DNA of 64,000 bases from Gammaproteobacteria bacterium (GTDB lineage Bacteria > Pseudomonadota > Gammaproteobacteria > JACCYU01). The position numbers and the translations under genes were made by a program. The notes beneath the pieces are model-generated. The model saw only the letters and a program-made list of their open reading frames with translations, made no database searches and had not been told where the DNA came from. Every line of letters starts with the position of its first letter. Position 1 is the stretch's first letter. The stretch is from positions 1,110 to 65,109 of the forward strand of contig JBOIDC010000011.1 of NCBI GenBank assembly GCA_050740315.1, given 5' to 3'. Shown here one piece after another: positions 1 to 12,281 of this stretch.

Positions 1-1400
1 AATGCCGCCGCGGGCACCGTGGCGCTCAGACCATTCCGATGCGTCTGGGCCCGCGCCGGTTCTCCGGCCGCTGGCGCGGCGGCCTTCCAGAACAATGTGC
101 TGCCGGCCTGCGCCAGCGCGATCAGGCTCAGCAGGCTGGCGGTCAGCACTGTGGCCCATATCCACGCGATCGCGGGGTCGCCCCGCGCCGCCTGCAGGAT
201 CACCAGCTTGCCGACAAACCCGCTGAACGGCGGCAGTCCGACGATCGCCACCGCGCCGATAAAAAACAGCGCGCCCGGCACCAGCGGCCGGTCGAGGGCC
301 AGCCCGGCCTGCAGGCGATCGTGGCCGCGCCGCGTGGCGATGATATCCGCCAGCAGAAACAGGCCCGCGGTAATCAGGGTGGTATGCGGCAGGTAATAGA
401 GTGCGGCGCTCAAACCCGACGCGCTGAACAGGCCCACCGCGGTCAGCAGCATGCCGACGGACAGCACGATCAGGTAGGCGACCAAGGTACGCAGATTATC
501 GCTGGCCAGCGCGCCCAGTGCGCCGGCCGCAAGTGTCGCCAGCGCCAGCGGCAACAGCCACGGCGCGGCCACGTCGGCGGCCGGCCCCGCCTGCGGGCCG
601 AATATGAGCGTGAATACGCGGATAATCGCGTACACACCCACCTTGGTCATGATGGCGAACAGCGCGGCCACCGGCGCGCTGGTGGCGCCGTAGGCGCCGG
701 GCAGCCAGAAATAAAGCGGCAGCAGCGCGGCCTTGAGCCCGAATACCACCAGCAGCAGCAGACCGCCGGCGCGCAGCAGCGCGGCATCGGCGACCGTCGC
801 CGTCGCAATCTTCTGCGCCAGGTCGGCCATGTTCAGGGTGCCCAGCACGCCGTACAGAATTCCGACCGCCACCAGAAACAAGGTTGAGCCGACCAGATTC
901 AACACCACGTAATGGAAACCCGCGCGGATGCGAGCGGCATCGCCGCCGTGCAGCAACAGACCGTAGGAGGCCAGCAGCAGCACCTCGAAGAACACGAACA
1001 GATTAAACAGATCGCCGGTGAGAAACGCCCCGTTCAATCCCATCAGCTGAAACTGAAACAGGGCGTGAAAGTTGCTGCCGGCCGCGTCCGTGCCGCGCAG
1101 CGCGTGCAGCAGGCTGCACGCGGCGACGACCGCAGTCAGCAGCAGCAGCAGCGCGGAAAGCCGGTCCAGCACCAGCACGATGCCGAACGGCGGCGGCCAG
1201 CCGCCCAGCGCATAAACCCGATAATCGCCGTCGCCGGCGGCGATCAGCAGGCCCGCGGCGATGGGCAGCAGCGCGACGGTAGCGGCCACACTCAGCGCAC
1301 GCTGCAACGGCAGGCTGTGCCGGCCGAAGGTCATCAGTACCGCGCCGCAGGCTAGCGGCAGCAGCACCGGCGCGATCAGCCAGTGATTCAGCGTGGTCAT
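1..1400 (-). CDS. mrpD: Na+/H+ antiporter subunit D (MrpD/NuoN-like), truncated at the window edge. The start codon at 1398-1400 overlaps the mrpC stop in an ATGA arrangement.
   Basis: My own translation of the minus strand from 1400 gives MTTLNHWLIAPVLLPLACGAVL..., a polytopic NuoN/MrpD-like protein. It runs off the window. The plus-strand ORFs at 39..887 and 912..1355 are Q/R-rich antisense artefacts. Confidence 0.7.
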   Translation of the reverse strand, partial: MTTLNHWLIAPVLLPLACGAVLMTFGRHSLPLQRALSVAATVALLPIAAGLLIAAGDGDYRVYALGGWPPPFGIVLVLDRLSALLLLLTAVVAACSLLHALRGTDAAGSNFHALFQFQLMGLNGAFLTGDLFNLFVFFEVLLLASYGLLLHGGDAARIRAGFHYVVLNLVGSTLFLVAVGILYGVLGTLNMADLAQKIATATVADAALLRAGGLLLLVVFGLKAALLPLYFWLPGAYGATSAPVAALFAIMTKVGVYAIIRVFTLIFGPQAGPAADVAAPWLLPLALATLAAGALGALASDNLRTLVAYLIVLSVGMLLTAVGLFSASGLSAALYYLPHTTLITAGLFLLADIIATRRGHDRLQAGLALDRPLVPGALFFIGAVAIVGLPPFSGFVGKLVILQAARGDPAIAWIWATVLTASLLSLIALAQAGSTLFWKAAAPAAGEPARAQTHRNGLSATVPAAA

Positions 1401-1713
1401 TTCCCGCCGTCCACGTGGTCGGTGCCCAGCTTGCCCCAGGCGCGCAACGCCAGCACGACCACGAAGGCCGTCATGCCGAAGCCGATGACGATGGCCGTCA
1501 ACACCAGCGCCTGTGGCAGCGGATCGGCATAGCCGCCGTGGCCGATGATGGGCGGCCGGCCGGTCGCCACACGTCCGCTCGCAAACAGGAACAGATTGAC
1601 CGCATAGGTGTGCAGCAGCAATCCCATGATCATGGAAAAGCTGCGCGCGCGCAGTACCAGATACGTGCCGCAGGTCGCGAGCGCGCCGATCGCGAGGGTG
1701 ATCAGTGCTTCCA

Positions 1714-1714
<1 letters not shown>
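1397..1714 (-). CDS. mrpC: Na+/H+ antiporter subunit C (MrpC/NuoK-like), 105 aa.
   Basis: It is the C-terminal 105 aa of the 1397..2515 ORF, starting MEALITLAIGALATCGTYLVL... with three predicted TM helices. Its ATG overlaps the mrpA stop (ATGA). Confidence 0.75.
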
Positions 1715-4566
<2,852 letters not shown>

Positions 4567-4983
4567 CGCGGGGCGCTAAAACTGTCGGCGGTGGCGGAAA
4601 ACTTCGGGCGAGGCGGCGCGCACCTCGCGACGCACGCAGATCAAGCAACGCTGTTGCTTGAGGCGCGCCTAGACTAGCACAGGCTGACAGGTTGTCGAGC
4701 GCGCTCCGTTGCTGCGGTAGGCTAACGCCGCAGCGCTGCTGGCCGAACCCTGGAAGCGATTATCCCGGTAGCCATCCGCGCTTGAAGAGAGGCTTTGGAA
4801 GCCTGTCGAGACCTTTGGCGGAATGCCAAAGACTTATGGCCGTTCATCGCCGATAAGGCAACGCCCATCTTGTAATACTGTTCATGAATCGGCCAAACGA
4901 TCCAAAATCAGCAGCTTGCGGCGCTGCATCTTAGTTCCCAGTGACAGAGCGAGCAAAACATCTAACACGTCAAGGACAACGGG

Positions 4984-5337
4984 GTGGGGTTCGATATGCA
5001 GTACGAGAACAAGTTGTTTGGCGTCTGTCAACGGCTTCCTCTGGAGGTGCTGCGCAGAATCAAGGCAGATCCAAGGCCTAAAGCCATTCCGGTCGTGGTG
5101 TTGACATCCTCAGAAGAAGATCGGGACATCGTCGACAGCTACGCGCTAGGCGTCAACAGTTATATCGCCAAGCCGATCGAGTTCGAAAGCTTCGTCCGCG
5201 CGGTTTCCGACCTGGTAATGTACTGGCTGCTGCTCAATAAGCCGCCGCGCCAAGCGCATACCATAAAAACGCTTCCCGGGAGGTCACCTGAAACTCACCG
5301 GGGATGCGCCGCAAGAACGACGGAGATAAGCCGATGA
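4984..5337 (+). pseudogene. Truncated CheY-like receiver fragment. Only the C-terminal half of the REC domain is present. It begins at a GTG and its stop overlaps the downstream ATG (ATGA).
   Basis: ...[62 protein letters not shown] matches alpha3-beta5 of single-domain response regulators. The DD pocket and the phospho-acceptor Asp are missing, and the same frame is closed by TAA at 4963. The local sequence is AT-richer than the flanks. Confidence 0.5.
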
Positions 5338-7502
5338 CCTCAGAACTACGCATACTGATCCTGGAAGACGTCGCCACGGATGCGGAGTTGGCCGAACGTG
5401 AACTGCGCAAGGCCGCCATCGCATTCACAGCCAGGCAGGTCAAGCATAAAGACGCCTTCGTGAAGGCCCTGCGCGAGTTCGCGCCGGATATCATTCTCTC
5501 CGATTACAAGCTGCCGCATTTCACCGCGCTGGATGCGCTCAGCATCGTCCGGGAACTCAAGGTCGATGCCCCATTCATTTTGATCACCGGCGCGCTCAAG
5601 GAAGAAGCGGCGGTCAGGTGCATGCGGGAAGGCGCGTATGACTACATCCTGAAGTCCAGCCTCAAGCGCCTTCCCTCCGCGGTATCGAACGCCTTGAAGA
5701 AAAGCGAGGCGGAGCGGGAGAAAGCAAAGGCGATACAATCGCTGCGCAAGAGCGAAGAACGCTTTCGGCTGGTCGCGCGCGCGACGAACGACGCGATCAG
5801 AGATTGGAATATGGTGACGAATGTCGTGTGGTGGAACGCGGGCGTCCGCACCCTCTTCGGCTACCCAAACGATGAGGTCACGAGGACATCAAACTGGTGG
5901 TTCGAACGCATACATCCTGACCACGTGGATCGGGTGACGGCCGGCGTGCTCGCCCTCGGCGACAATGACGCGCAGATATGGTTTGGTGAATATCCTTACC
6001 GCCGCGCCGATGGCACGTACGCCGCGGTCATCGATCGCGGCTTGATTTCGCGTGATGTGGAGGGGCGCCCGGTGCGGATGGTCAGTTCGATGATGGACAT
6101 CACGGAGCTCAGGCAGGCTGAGCAACGGATCGCACATCTAGCCTACTACGACGCCCTTACCGGGTTGCCGAACAGGACGTTATTCGAAGACCGCCTGCGC
6201 CAGGCATTGATGCTCGCGAAACGCAACGCGCAAGCCCTGTTTGTGATGTTTCTCGACCTGGACCGCTTCAAGACCTTCAACGATACACTGGGGCCCGCCG
6301 TGGGTGATCGTTTGCTGCACAGCGTAGCTCAGCGGCTAAAGAGCCACGTACGTGCAAGCGATACAGTCGCACGCTTCGCTGCCGATGGATTCGCGCTGTT
6401 ATTTATACAGATCGGCCGCGCCGGGGATGCCGCCGAGATCGCCGGAGTTGTCGAGGACGCGGTCGAGATTGCTCGCAATATCATTGAGGCCTTCAGGCCC
6501 CCATTCAACTTCGACGGGCAGGAGCTGTACGTCACCGCCAGCATCGGGATCAGCCTTTATCCCCACGACGGTGCAGACGAGCAGGCCCTGCTGAGGAACG
6601 CGGGCGCCGCCGTGCGCCGCGCCAAGGAACAGGGCGGCAACAACTATCAGTTCTACGCCGCCGATATGAATGACCAGGCCATCAAGCGCTTAAGCCTTGG
6701 CAACAGCCTGAGGCGGGGGCTCGAGCGCGAGGAGTTCCTGGTCTATTACCAACCGCTGGTCGATATCAACAGCGGACGCACGGTGGGCCTTGAAGCGCTA
6801 ATTCGCTGGCAGCATCCTGAATTGGGGCTGGTGTCTCCGGCCGAATTCATCCCCTTGGCGGAAGAGACCGGGTTAATCGTGGTCCTGGGGGAATGGGTGC
6901 TGCGCACCGCCTGCGCGAAACTCAAGGGCTGGCAGGAACAGGCCACTGAAACCCTGCGTTTATCGGTATCCGTCAATCTCTCGCCATACCAGTTCCAGCA
7001 ATCCAATCTGGTCGAGATGGTCGCCCAAGCACTAACGGATACCGGGCTTGACGCCAATTGCCTGGAGCTGGAATTGACAGAGGGCTCGGTCATGAAAAAT
7101 CCGGAGCGGACCATTTCGACGTTGCGGGAATTAAGAGAGATGGGGGTGCAGATCGCCATCGACGACTTCGGTTCGGGCTATTCTTCGCTGTCGTATCTCA
7201 AACGTTTCCCGATCGATCGGTTGAAAATCGACCAGTCTTTCGTGCGGGACACGACCAGCGATCCGGCCGATGCAGCCATCATCATGGCGATTATTACCCT
7301 TGCGCATAATTTAAGACTGAAGGTAATCGCGGAGGGCGTGGAAACGGACGAGCAACTGAGATTTCTGCGCCTGCTGAAATGCGATGAGGTGCAGGGATAC
7401 CTGTTCAGCAGACCGCTGCCGGCGGATGAGATCGGACAATTACTGCTACAAATGTGGCCTTTGACGGCGATGGAAAAACGTGCGAACGAAGCGCGATCCT
7501 GA
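5304..7502 (+). CDS. REC-PAS-GGDEF(degenerate)-EAL signalling protein, a likely c-di-GMP phosphodiesterase. The probable start is the ATG at 5334 ([13 protein letters not shown]).
   Basis: Receiver motifs are present ([17 protein letters not shown]), followed by a PAS region. The GGDEF domain has an RxxD I-site (RASD) but AADGF in place of GGDEF. EAL motifs are intact: [28 protein letters not shown] and QGYLFSRP. Confidence 0.85.
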   Translation: MRRKNDGDKPMTSELRILILEDVATDAELAERELRKAAIAFTARQVKHKDAFVKALREFAPDIILSDYKLPHFTALDALSIVRELKVDAPFILITGALKEEAAVRCMREGAYDYILKSSLKRLPSAVSNALKKSEAEREKAKAIQSLRKSEERFRLVARATNDAIRDWNMVTNVVWWNAGVRTLFGYPNDEVTRTSNWWFERIHPDHVDRVTAGVLALGDNDAQIWFGEYPYRRADGTYAAVIDRGLISRDVEGRPVRMVSSMMDITELRQAEQRIAHLAYYDALTGLPNRTLFEDRLRQALMLAKRNAQALFVMFLDLDRFKTFNDTLGPAVGDRLLHSVAQRLKSHVRASDTVARFAADGFALLFIQIGRAGDAAEIAGVVEDAVEIARNIIEAFRPPFNFDGQELYVTASIGISLYPHDGADEQALLRNAGAAVRRAKEQGGNNYQFYAADMNDQAIKRLSLGNSLRRGLEREEFLVYYQPLVDINSGRTVGLEALIRWQHPELGLVSPAEFIPLAEETGLIVVLGEWVLRTACAKLKGWQEQATETLRLSVSVNLSPYQFQQSNLVEMVAQALTDTGLDANCLELELTEGSVMKNPERTISTLRELREMGVQIAIDDFGSGYSSLSYLKRFPIDRLKIDQSFVRDTTSDPADAAIIMAIITLAHNLRLKVIAEGVETDEQLRFLRLLKCDEVQGYLFSRPLPADEIGQLLLQMWPLTAMEKRANEARS

Positions 7503-7670
7503 GGGTCCGACTACCGGGGAATCTTGCCAGCAGATACCTGGCTGCCAAACCTCGCAGTTCGCGATCGTGGCGCCTAAGCGTCGGCCGACCCGAAGTCCGA
7601 GCGCGCGACCGTAAAAATCGATGGCCTTGTCGAGATCGTCGACATCGATGTTGACGAGCATCTCGACCAT
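7446..7670 (-). pseudogene. Remnant of a VOC/glyoxalase-family protein. Only the N-terminal beta-alpha-beta unit is recognisable.
   Basis: MVEMLVNIDVDDLDKAIDFYGRALGLRV... is typical of VOC proteins, but the downstream ~50 aa are unlike the family and the ORF ends at 74 aa. Its 3' end overlaps the EAL gene on the opposite strand. Confidence 0.3.
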
Positions 7671-7681
7671 AGCCGTGGTGG

Positions 7682-8323
7682 TTAGCGATAATCCTGCCAG
7701 AACAGCGCGCACAGCCGGCGCAGTTCAACGAGTGGCCGCGGATGGTCATCGACCCGCAGATCCACGTTAATTTCGCCCGCCCTGGCGAGGCTGGGCGGGA
7801 CGACCTTGATGGCCGCGGACTGCTTACCACGCTTGTCGCCGCCGGCGGCCTCACCCGCCTCGAGCGCCATCAGCAAACGCCAGCTCACGGATTGATTGCC
7901 GGTTTTTTCGTATGCCTTCACCATTTGGTCGATCACTTTTTTGCCAACCAGATGATTACCGGCCGCGACGCAGGAGTCACCGAACTGGTGGTGCTTCACG
8001 TCGGTGCAATCAGGCCCGGTCCAGGCGCCTTTGCGGTTATGGCTATCGATCGCGATGAGTTGCCGGGCCTGCGCCATCGAGTCGGCTGCGAGCACGGCTT
8101 CTAGCGCGGCTTGAGGATGCTTGCCGGCGTTGATGTGACCAAGCGCCGTTTCTCCCAACCGCAGATTGGCATGGTGTTGCGAATTGACGATGCCGGCGCC
8201 TGGCCTCGAAAACACGATCGCGCCGCCCACGGCCAGCGAGCGGCTGGCCGAGGCCGAACCGAGCTCGCCCGAGTGCGCGTCGAAGGCGACGATCGAGAAG
8301 GTGTTGATCAGGCCGGGATGCAT
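7682..8323 (-). CDS. DUF1028 family (Ntn-hydrolase-like) protein.
   Basis: TFSIVAFDAHSGELGSA near the N-terminus, then ...EAGEAAGGDKRGKQSAA...DLRVDDHPRPLVELRRL, which I recognise as DUF1028 hallmarks. Confidence 0.65.
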   Translation of the reverse strand: MHPGLINTFSIVAFDAHSGELGSASASRSLAVGGAIVFSRPGAGIVNSQHHANLRLGETALGHINAGKHPQAALEAVLAADSMAQARQLIAIDSHNRKGAWTGPDCTDVKHHQFGDSCVAAGNHLVGKKVIDQMVKAYEKTGNQSVSWRLLMALEAGEAAGGDKRGKQSAAIKVVPPSLARAGEINVDLRVDDHPRPLVELRRLCALFWQDYR

Positions 8324-8364
8324 AATCGATCAGCTTGAGAGCTCGGGCGCCGGCGAGCAACGCA

Positions 8365-9087
8365 TCAGTCGGCCTGTGTCACGCGCAGTTCCACGGTGCC
8401 CAGCGCGCCGAAGTCGACCTTCATGGTGTCGCCGGGCTCGCCGATCATGGGTTTTACGAAGGAGCCGGAGATGATGCGGTCGCCGGCCCTTAAGGATTCG
8501 CCGTAGCGTGGCAGCAGGTTCGCGACCAGCCGCACCAGCGCGCCCAGATCCTCCGGTATCAGCGCCGGTTCAGGCTGGCGCACGGCCTTGCCGTTGCGAA
8601 ACGCGCGCGGCCAGTAGGGCTCGACTTTTTGCAGGGTTTCCGGCGGATATTCGTCGCCGAACACGACGCCTACATGAAAGATGCTGTGACTCAAGATCGT
8701 GGCGAGATCGCCGCCCGGCTTGCCAATATCGATGAGCTCGATGGCCGGCCCCAGCGAGGCGATCGCCGCGCGCGCCTGCTCCAGGGTGCAACCGGCCGGC
8801 ACGTCTTCGCGCATGCGGATGGAAATTTCCGCCTCGCCGCGGATGACCGCGCCCGTGCGCACCGGCACGTCGGCCCCGGAATCGAACGCGCAATTGCCCG
8901 CCAGCGCGCCCACCGCGGGCCCGGTCAGGCCCCATTTGGCCTGCGCGGCGGCGTCGGTGATACCGATCTTCCAGCCCACCCGGGGCAGGCCGCGGGCGAT
9001 GTGGTCATGCAGCCATTTGAGCTGGTCGCGCATGCCCTGGGCGATGATGTCGTCGATTGTCTGTTCTGATGTCATTTGCGTAGCCAT
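8365..9087 (-). CDS. 2-keto-4-pentenoate hydratase / 4-oxalocrotonate decarboxylase family (MhpD/HpaH-like).
   Basis: 240 aa with ...GWKIGITD...ELIDIG...GDRIISGSF..., characteristic of this hydratase/decarboxylase fold. Confidence 0.65.
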   Translation of the reverse strand: MATQMTSEQTIDDIIAQGMRDQLKWLHDHIARGLPRVGWKIGITDAAAQAKWGLTGPAVGALAGNCAFDSGADVPVRTGAVIRGEAEISIRMREDVPAGCTLEQARAAIASLGPAIELIDIGKPGGDLATILSHSIFHVGVVFGDEYPPETLQKVEPYWPRAFRNGKAVRQPEPALIPEDLGALVRLVANLLPRYGESLRAGDRIISGSFVKPMIGEPGDTMKVDFGALGTVELRVTQAD

Positions 9088-9225
9088 TGTGATATTTCCG
9101 TGAATGCCGACACCGTTACTCTAGCCTAAGCCGCGCGCATTTGCTGCAAGTCGGCGGCGCTGGCGCGCCTTCTAATTCCAGGGTGATGCGGCTATCTTAC
9201 GCGGCATGATCTTGCGTAGGTTTGC

Positions 9226-10617
9226 ATGGCGCGCATGGCCGCGTTCCCCCGCATGAGCTGGTGGGAGACGCTGCGCGTCTATCGGCATCCGCGGGTAGTG
9301 GCGATGCTGTTTCTGGGCTTTTCGGCCGGGCTACCGTTTCTGCTGGTGTTTTCCACGTTGTCGGCGTGGCTGTCGGACGCGCAGGTGAGCCACAGCGCGA
9401 TCGGTTTCTTCAGCTGGGTCGGCATCACCTATTCGATCAAGGTGCTGTGGTCGCCGGTGGTCGATCGGCTGCCGATCCCGTGGCTGACGCGAAAGCTTGG
9501 CAAGCGGCGCAGCTGGATGCTGATGGCGCAAGCCGCCGTCGCCCTGGGTTTGCTGGGCATGGCGTTGATCGACCCCGCGCAGCAGCTGACCTACGTGGCC
9601 GCGTTCGCGCTGCTGGTTGCGTTCGGCTCGGCCACGCAGGACGTCGCGATCGACGCGTATCGCATCGAGGCGGTAATAAAAGAGCGGCAAGCCGCGATGG
9701 CCGCAACGTACATTCTCGGCTACCGCGTGGCGCTGCTGGTCGCCGGCGCCGGCGCGCTTTACATCGCTGAATTTGGTTCCTGGCCCGCGGCGTACATCGC
9801 CATGGCCGCGCTGATGTCGGTCGGCATGATCACCGTGCTGGTGATCGCGGAGCCAGTGCAGACCGTTGGTCGCGACGCTTATCAGCGCGAAGCGCGCGTG
9901 ATTGCGTTCATGGAACGCTCGGCGCATCTGCCACCGCGGTTGCGCGGCGCGATGGCGTGGTTCATCGGCGCGGTCGTGTGCCCGTTCGTGGATTTCTTCG
10001 CGCGCAACGGCGCGATGGCGCTCGTGATCCTGCTGTTCATCGGCGTGTTTCGCGTGGCTGACATCACCATGGGCGTAATGGCCAACCCGTTTTATCTGGA
10101 CCTGGGTTTCAGCAAGGCGGAGATTGCCAGCGTCACCAAGGTGTTCGGGTTTTTTATGACCATCGCCGGCGCGGCCGCCGGCGGTCTGCTGGTGGTGCGC
10201 TACGGCATCATGCGACCTTTGCTGCTGGGTGCCGTGCTGGCGGCGGCAACCAATCTGCTGTTCTCCCTGATGGCGGTAACCGGGCCGGACTTGTCGCTGC
10301 TGACGGTAACGATCAGCGCCGACAACCTGGTCGGCGGCCTGGCGGGCTCGGTGTTCATCGCGTATCTCTCCAGCCTCACCAACACGGCATATACCGCTAC
10401 ACAATATGCCCTGTTCAGCTCGCTGATGACCTTGCCGGGCAAGTTTATCGGCGGCTTCTCCGGCCTTGTCGTCGAGGCCCAGGGTTATTTTATCTTCTTC
10501 ATCTATTCAGCCCTCGTCGGCGTGCCGGCCATACTGCTGGTGCTGTATCTGATGCGCACGGCCAATGCCGACGGCGCTCGTACGAGTATCGCGCACGCAC
10601 AAAAGAGTCGCGTTTGA
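9226..10617 (+). CDS. ampG: AmpG muropeptide MFS permease. The start may be the ATG at 9253 (MSWWETL).
   Basis: MSWWETLRVYRHPRVVAMLFLGFSAGLPFLLVFSTLSAWL...FSWVGITYSIKVLWSPVVDR and about 12 TM segments. Confidence 0.85.
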   Translation: MARMAAFPRMSWWETLRVYRHPRVVAMLFLGFSAGLPFLLVFSTLSAWLSDAQVSHSAIGFFSWVGITYSIKVLWSPVVDRLPIPWLTRKLGKRRSWMLMAQAAVALGLLGMALIDPAQQLTYVAAFALLVAFGSATQDVAIDAYRIEAVIKERQAAMAATYILGYRVALLVAGAGALYIAEFGSWPAAYIAMAALMSVGMITVLVIAEPVQTVGRDAYQREARVIAFMERSAHLPPRLRGAMAWFIGAVVCPFVDFFARNGAMALVILLFIGVFRVADITMGVMANPFYLDLGFSKAEIASVTKVFGFFMTIAGAAAGGLLVVRYGIMRPLLLGAVLAAATNLLFSLMAVTGPDLSLLTVTISADNLVGGLAGSVFIAYLSSLTNTAYTATQYALFSSLMTLPGKFIGGFSGLVVEAQGYFIFFIYSALVGVPAILLVLYLMRTANADGARTSIAHAQKSRV

Positions 10618-10648
10618 CTTAGTTGAGTTTATGGTTCAGTATCAAACC

Positions 10649-10894
10649 ATGATCAAATTGAACGTCCATGAAGCTAAAACGCATCTATCCAGTTACCTCG
10701 CGCGGCTGGAGGCTGGCGAGACGATTCTGCTGTGCCGGCGCAATGTCCCTATCGCCGAAATCCGGCCCCTGACGGCGCCGCGATCCGATCCTCGTCCGAT
10801 AGGATTGGCCAAAGACACGTTTGCCGTTCCCGCATCGTTCTTCGAGCCCTTGCCTGAGGAAGAGATCGAGGCTTTCGAAGGGCGGCATGCGTGA
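10649..10894 (+). CDS. Phd/YefM-type antitoxin (type II toxin-antitoxin system).
   Basis: MIKLNVHEAKTHLSSYLARLEAGETILLCRRNVPIAEIRPL. Its stop overlaps the start of the downstream PIN gene (ATGA at 10891-10894). Confidence 0.8.
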   Translation: MIKLNVHEAKTHLSSYLARLEAGETILLCRRNVPIAEIRPLTAPRSDPRPIGLAKDTFAVPASFFEPLPEEEIEAFEGRHA

Positions 10895-11277
10895 GGCTAT
10901 TGCTGGATACGTGCACCTTCCTGTGGATCATAACCAACGCGGCAGAACTGAGTGACAGCGCCCGCGCGCGGTTCATGGATGCGGACAATGACGTATACCT
11001 GAGCGCCCTATCGGCGTGGGAAATTGCGGTCAAGCACAGGCTGGGAAAGCTGCCGCTGCCCGCTCCGGCCGAGCAATTCGTCGCCCAAGAGCGCGTGCAA
11101 CACGGCATCGAAAGCCTTGCGGTCGACGAAGCTGCAACGACGCATCTTTATCGGCTGCCGCCGCTGCATCGCGATCCGTTCGACCGCATGCTGGTCTGTC
11201 AGGCCATCGAACACGGCCTGGCGATCGTTACGCCAGACGCCCTGATTACACAGTATCCGGTGCGCACGGTCTGGTAA
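10891..11277 (+). CDS. vapC: VapC-type PIN-domain toxin.
   Basis: LLDTCTFLWIITN...SAWEIAVKHRLGKL...DPFDRMLVCQAIEHGLAIVTPDALITQYPV shows the PIN acidic residues and the characteristic C-terminus. Confidence 0.85.
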   Translation: MRLLLDTCTFLWIITNAAELSDSARARFMDADNDVYLSALSAWEIAVKHRLGKLPLPAPAEQFVAQERVQHGIESLAVDEAATTHLYRLPPLHRDPFDRMLVCQAIEHGLAIVTPDALITQYPVRTVW

Positions 11278-11309
11278 CGTTACGTCAGAGCGTGTTCGCC
11301 TTAAGGACT

Positions 11310-12272
11310 TCAAGTGCCCGTCGCCGCAATGACTCCACTGCCGCACTCGGCATCTAAAATGGCGCTAAGCTGAGCCGCGGACTTGAGTTTCACCAGATAG
11401 TTGCAGCCGGCATTGCCTGGCAGCCACCACGGACATCTGAGAGAGTATTCATCCAGGATGCCGTGGCCGTTATGGTTGCGCTTGAGTCTGAGGGCCTCAC
11501 CATGCGCGGGGCAGCGATAGAGCTCGGTTCCGCGTTTGCCGCGTCCATGTTCGTGTTGAATCTCATCAAGTGGCCTGCGCAGTCTGTCAGCGGAGCCTGC
11601 CGCGGTTATCAAGCCTGTCAACTCGGGCGAACTCAATTGGAACTCGGGCCGGCTCAGGTTGGCGAACATCTGCAAATCCGCGCTGGATAGTCGCTGCTTC
11701 CCCTCGCATGCGCGTTCGCCGTTCCGTCGTAACACGTACCAGCCTGAGCAGCCCCAGAAGAAGTCCCGAACCTTGGCGGTCTGTAGCGCACGTTGCCACT
11801 GAAGCACCATCGGTCGCGCACAGTTCGGGCACATCTTGTTATCGGTGGATTGTCCGACGTCATATTGAAGAATATGAGCCGTATTATCAGTGATTTGCGT
11901 AGCGGAGTATTCGCCCTGGTGCTTCCACACCTGTTCAGCGGTTTTGATTCGTTGTAGCTCTTCTAAAGCCTGCGTTAACTTTGCCCGTTCCGCCGTCAGG
12001 TGCTCAAGGTTTCGTCGCTCATGGGCGCTGAGCGCTCCGCTTGTGTGATAGCGCTCGCGAAGCCGCATGATCTGCTTGTTGACTTCCGCCAATTCGCGTT
12101 CGCGGGCTCCTATCGGATCACTTGGTTCTGGCCGGACGGAAGCTGCTACGGCTTCTGCAACCGCGCTGACGATCTTCTCGATGATCTTGCGAACTCTCGG
12201 CACCGCGATCTCGATGAATCCACGACCTACCCATTTGATATCACCCCAGATTTCTCTAACCACCGAAGGCAT
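11310..12272 (-). CDS. Hypothetical protein with an N-terminal coiled coil plus two topoisomerase-type C4 zinc-ribbon domains.
   Basis: CPNCARPMVLQWQR...DFFWGCSGWYVLRRNGERAC and YRCPAHGEALRLKRNHNGHG...RCPWWLPGNAGCNYLV look like the zf-C4_Topoisom pattern (CPxC...GCSxYPxC). An AGGAAAGG RBS-like sequence precedes the ATG. It lies 9 nt downstream of the broken nuclease-like gene. Confidence 0.6.
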   Translation of the reverse strand: MPSVVREIWGDIKWVGRGFIEIAVPRVRKIIEKIVSAVAEAVAASVRPEPSDPIGARERELAEVNKQIMRLRERYHTSGALSAHERRNLEHLTAERAKLTQALEELQRIKTAEQVWKHQGEYSATQITDNTAHILQYDVGQSTDNKMCPNCARPMVLQWQRALQTAKVRDFFWGCSGWYVLRRNGERACEGKQRLSSADLQMFANLSRPEFQLSSPELTGLITAAGSADRLRRPLDEIQHEHGRGKRGTELYRCPAHGEALRLKRNHNGHGILDEYSLRCPWWLPGNAGCNYLVKLKSAAQLSAILDAECGSGVIAATGT

Positions 12273-12281
12273 CGGCCTTTC

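Noticed and set aside
39-887. Long plus-strand ORFs rich in Q/R/H/G (39..887, and similarly 9331..10404, 24582..25631, 33061..34527, 26711..27678, 2672..4648, 31645..32106 and 51180..51944).
   Set aside because: All lie antisense or out of frame to well-supported genes (mrpD, ampG, terC, gor, bioF, mrpA, comF, SAM-methyltransferase). They have low-complexity composition typical of open frames in 65% GC DNA. None has a family resemblance.
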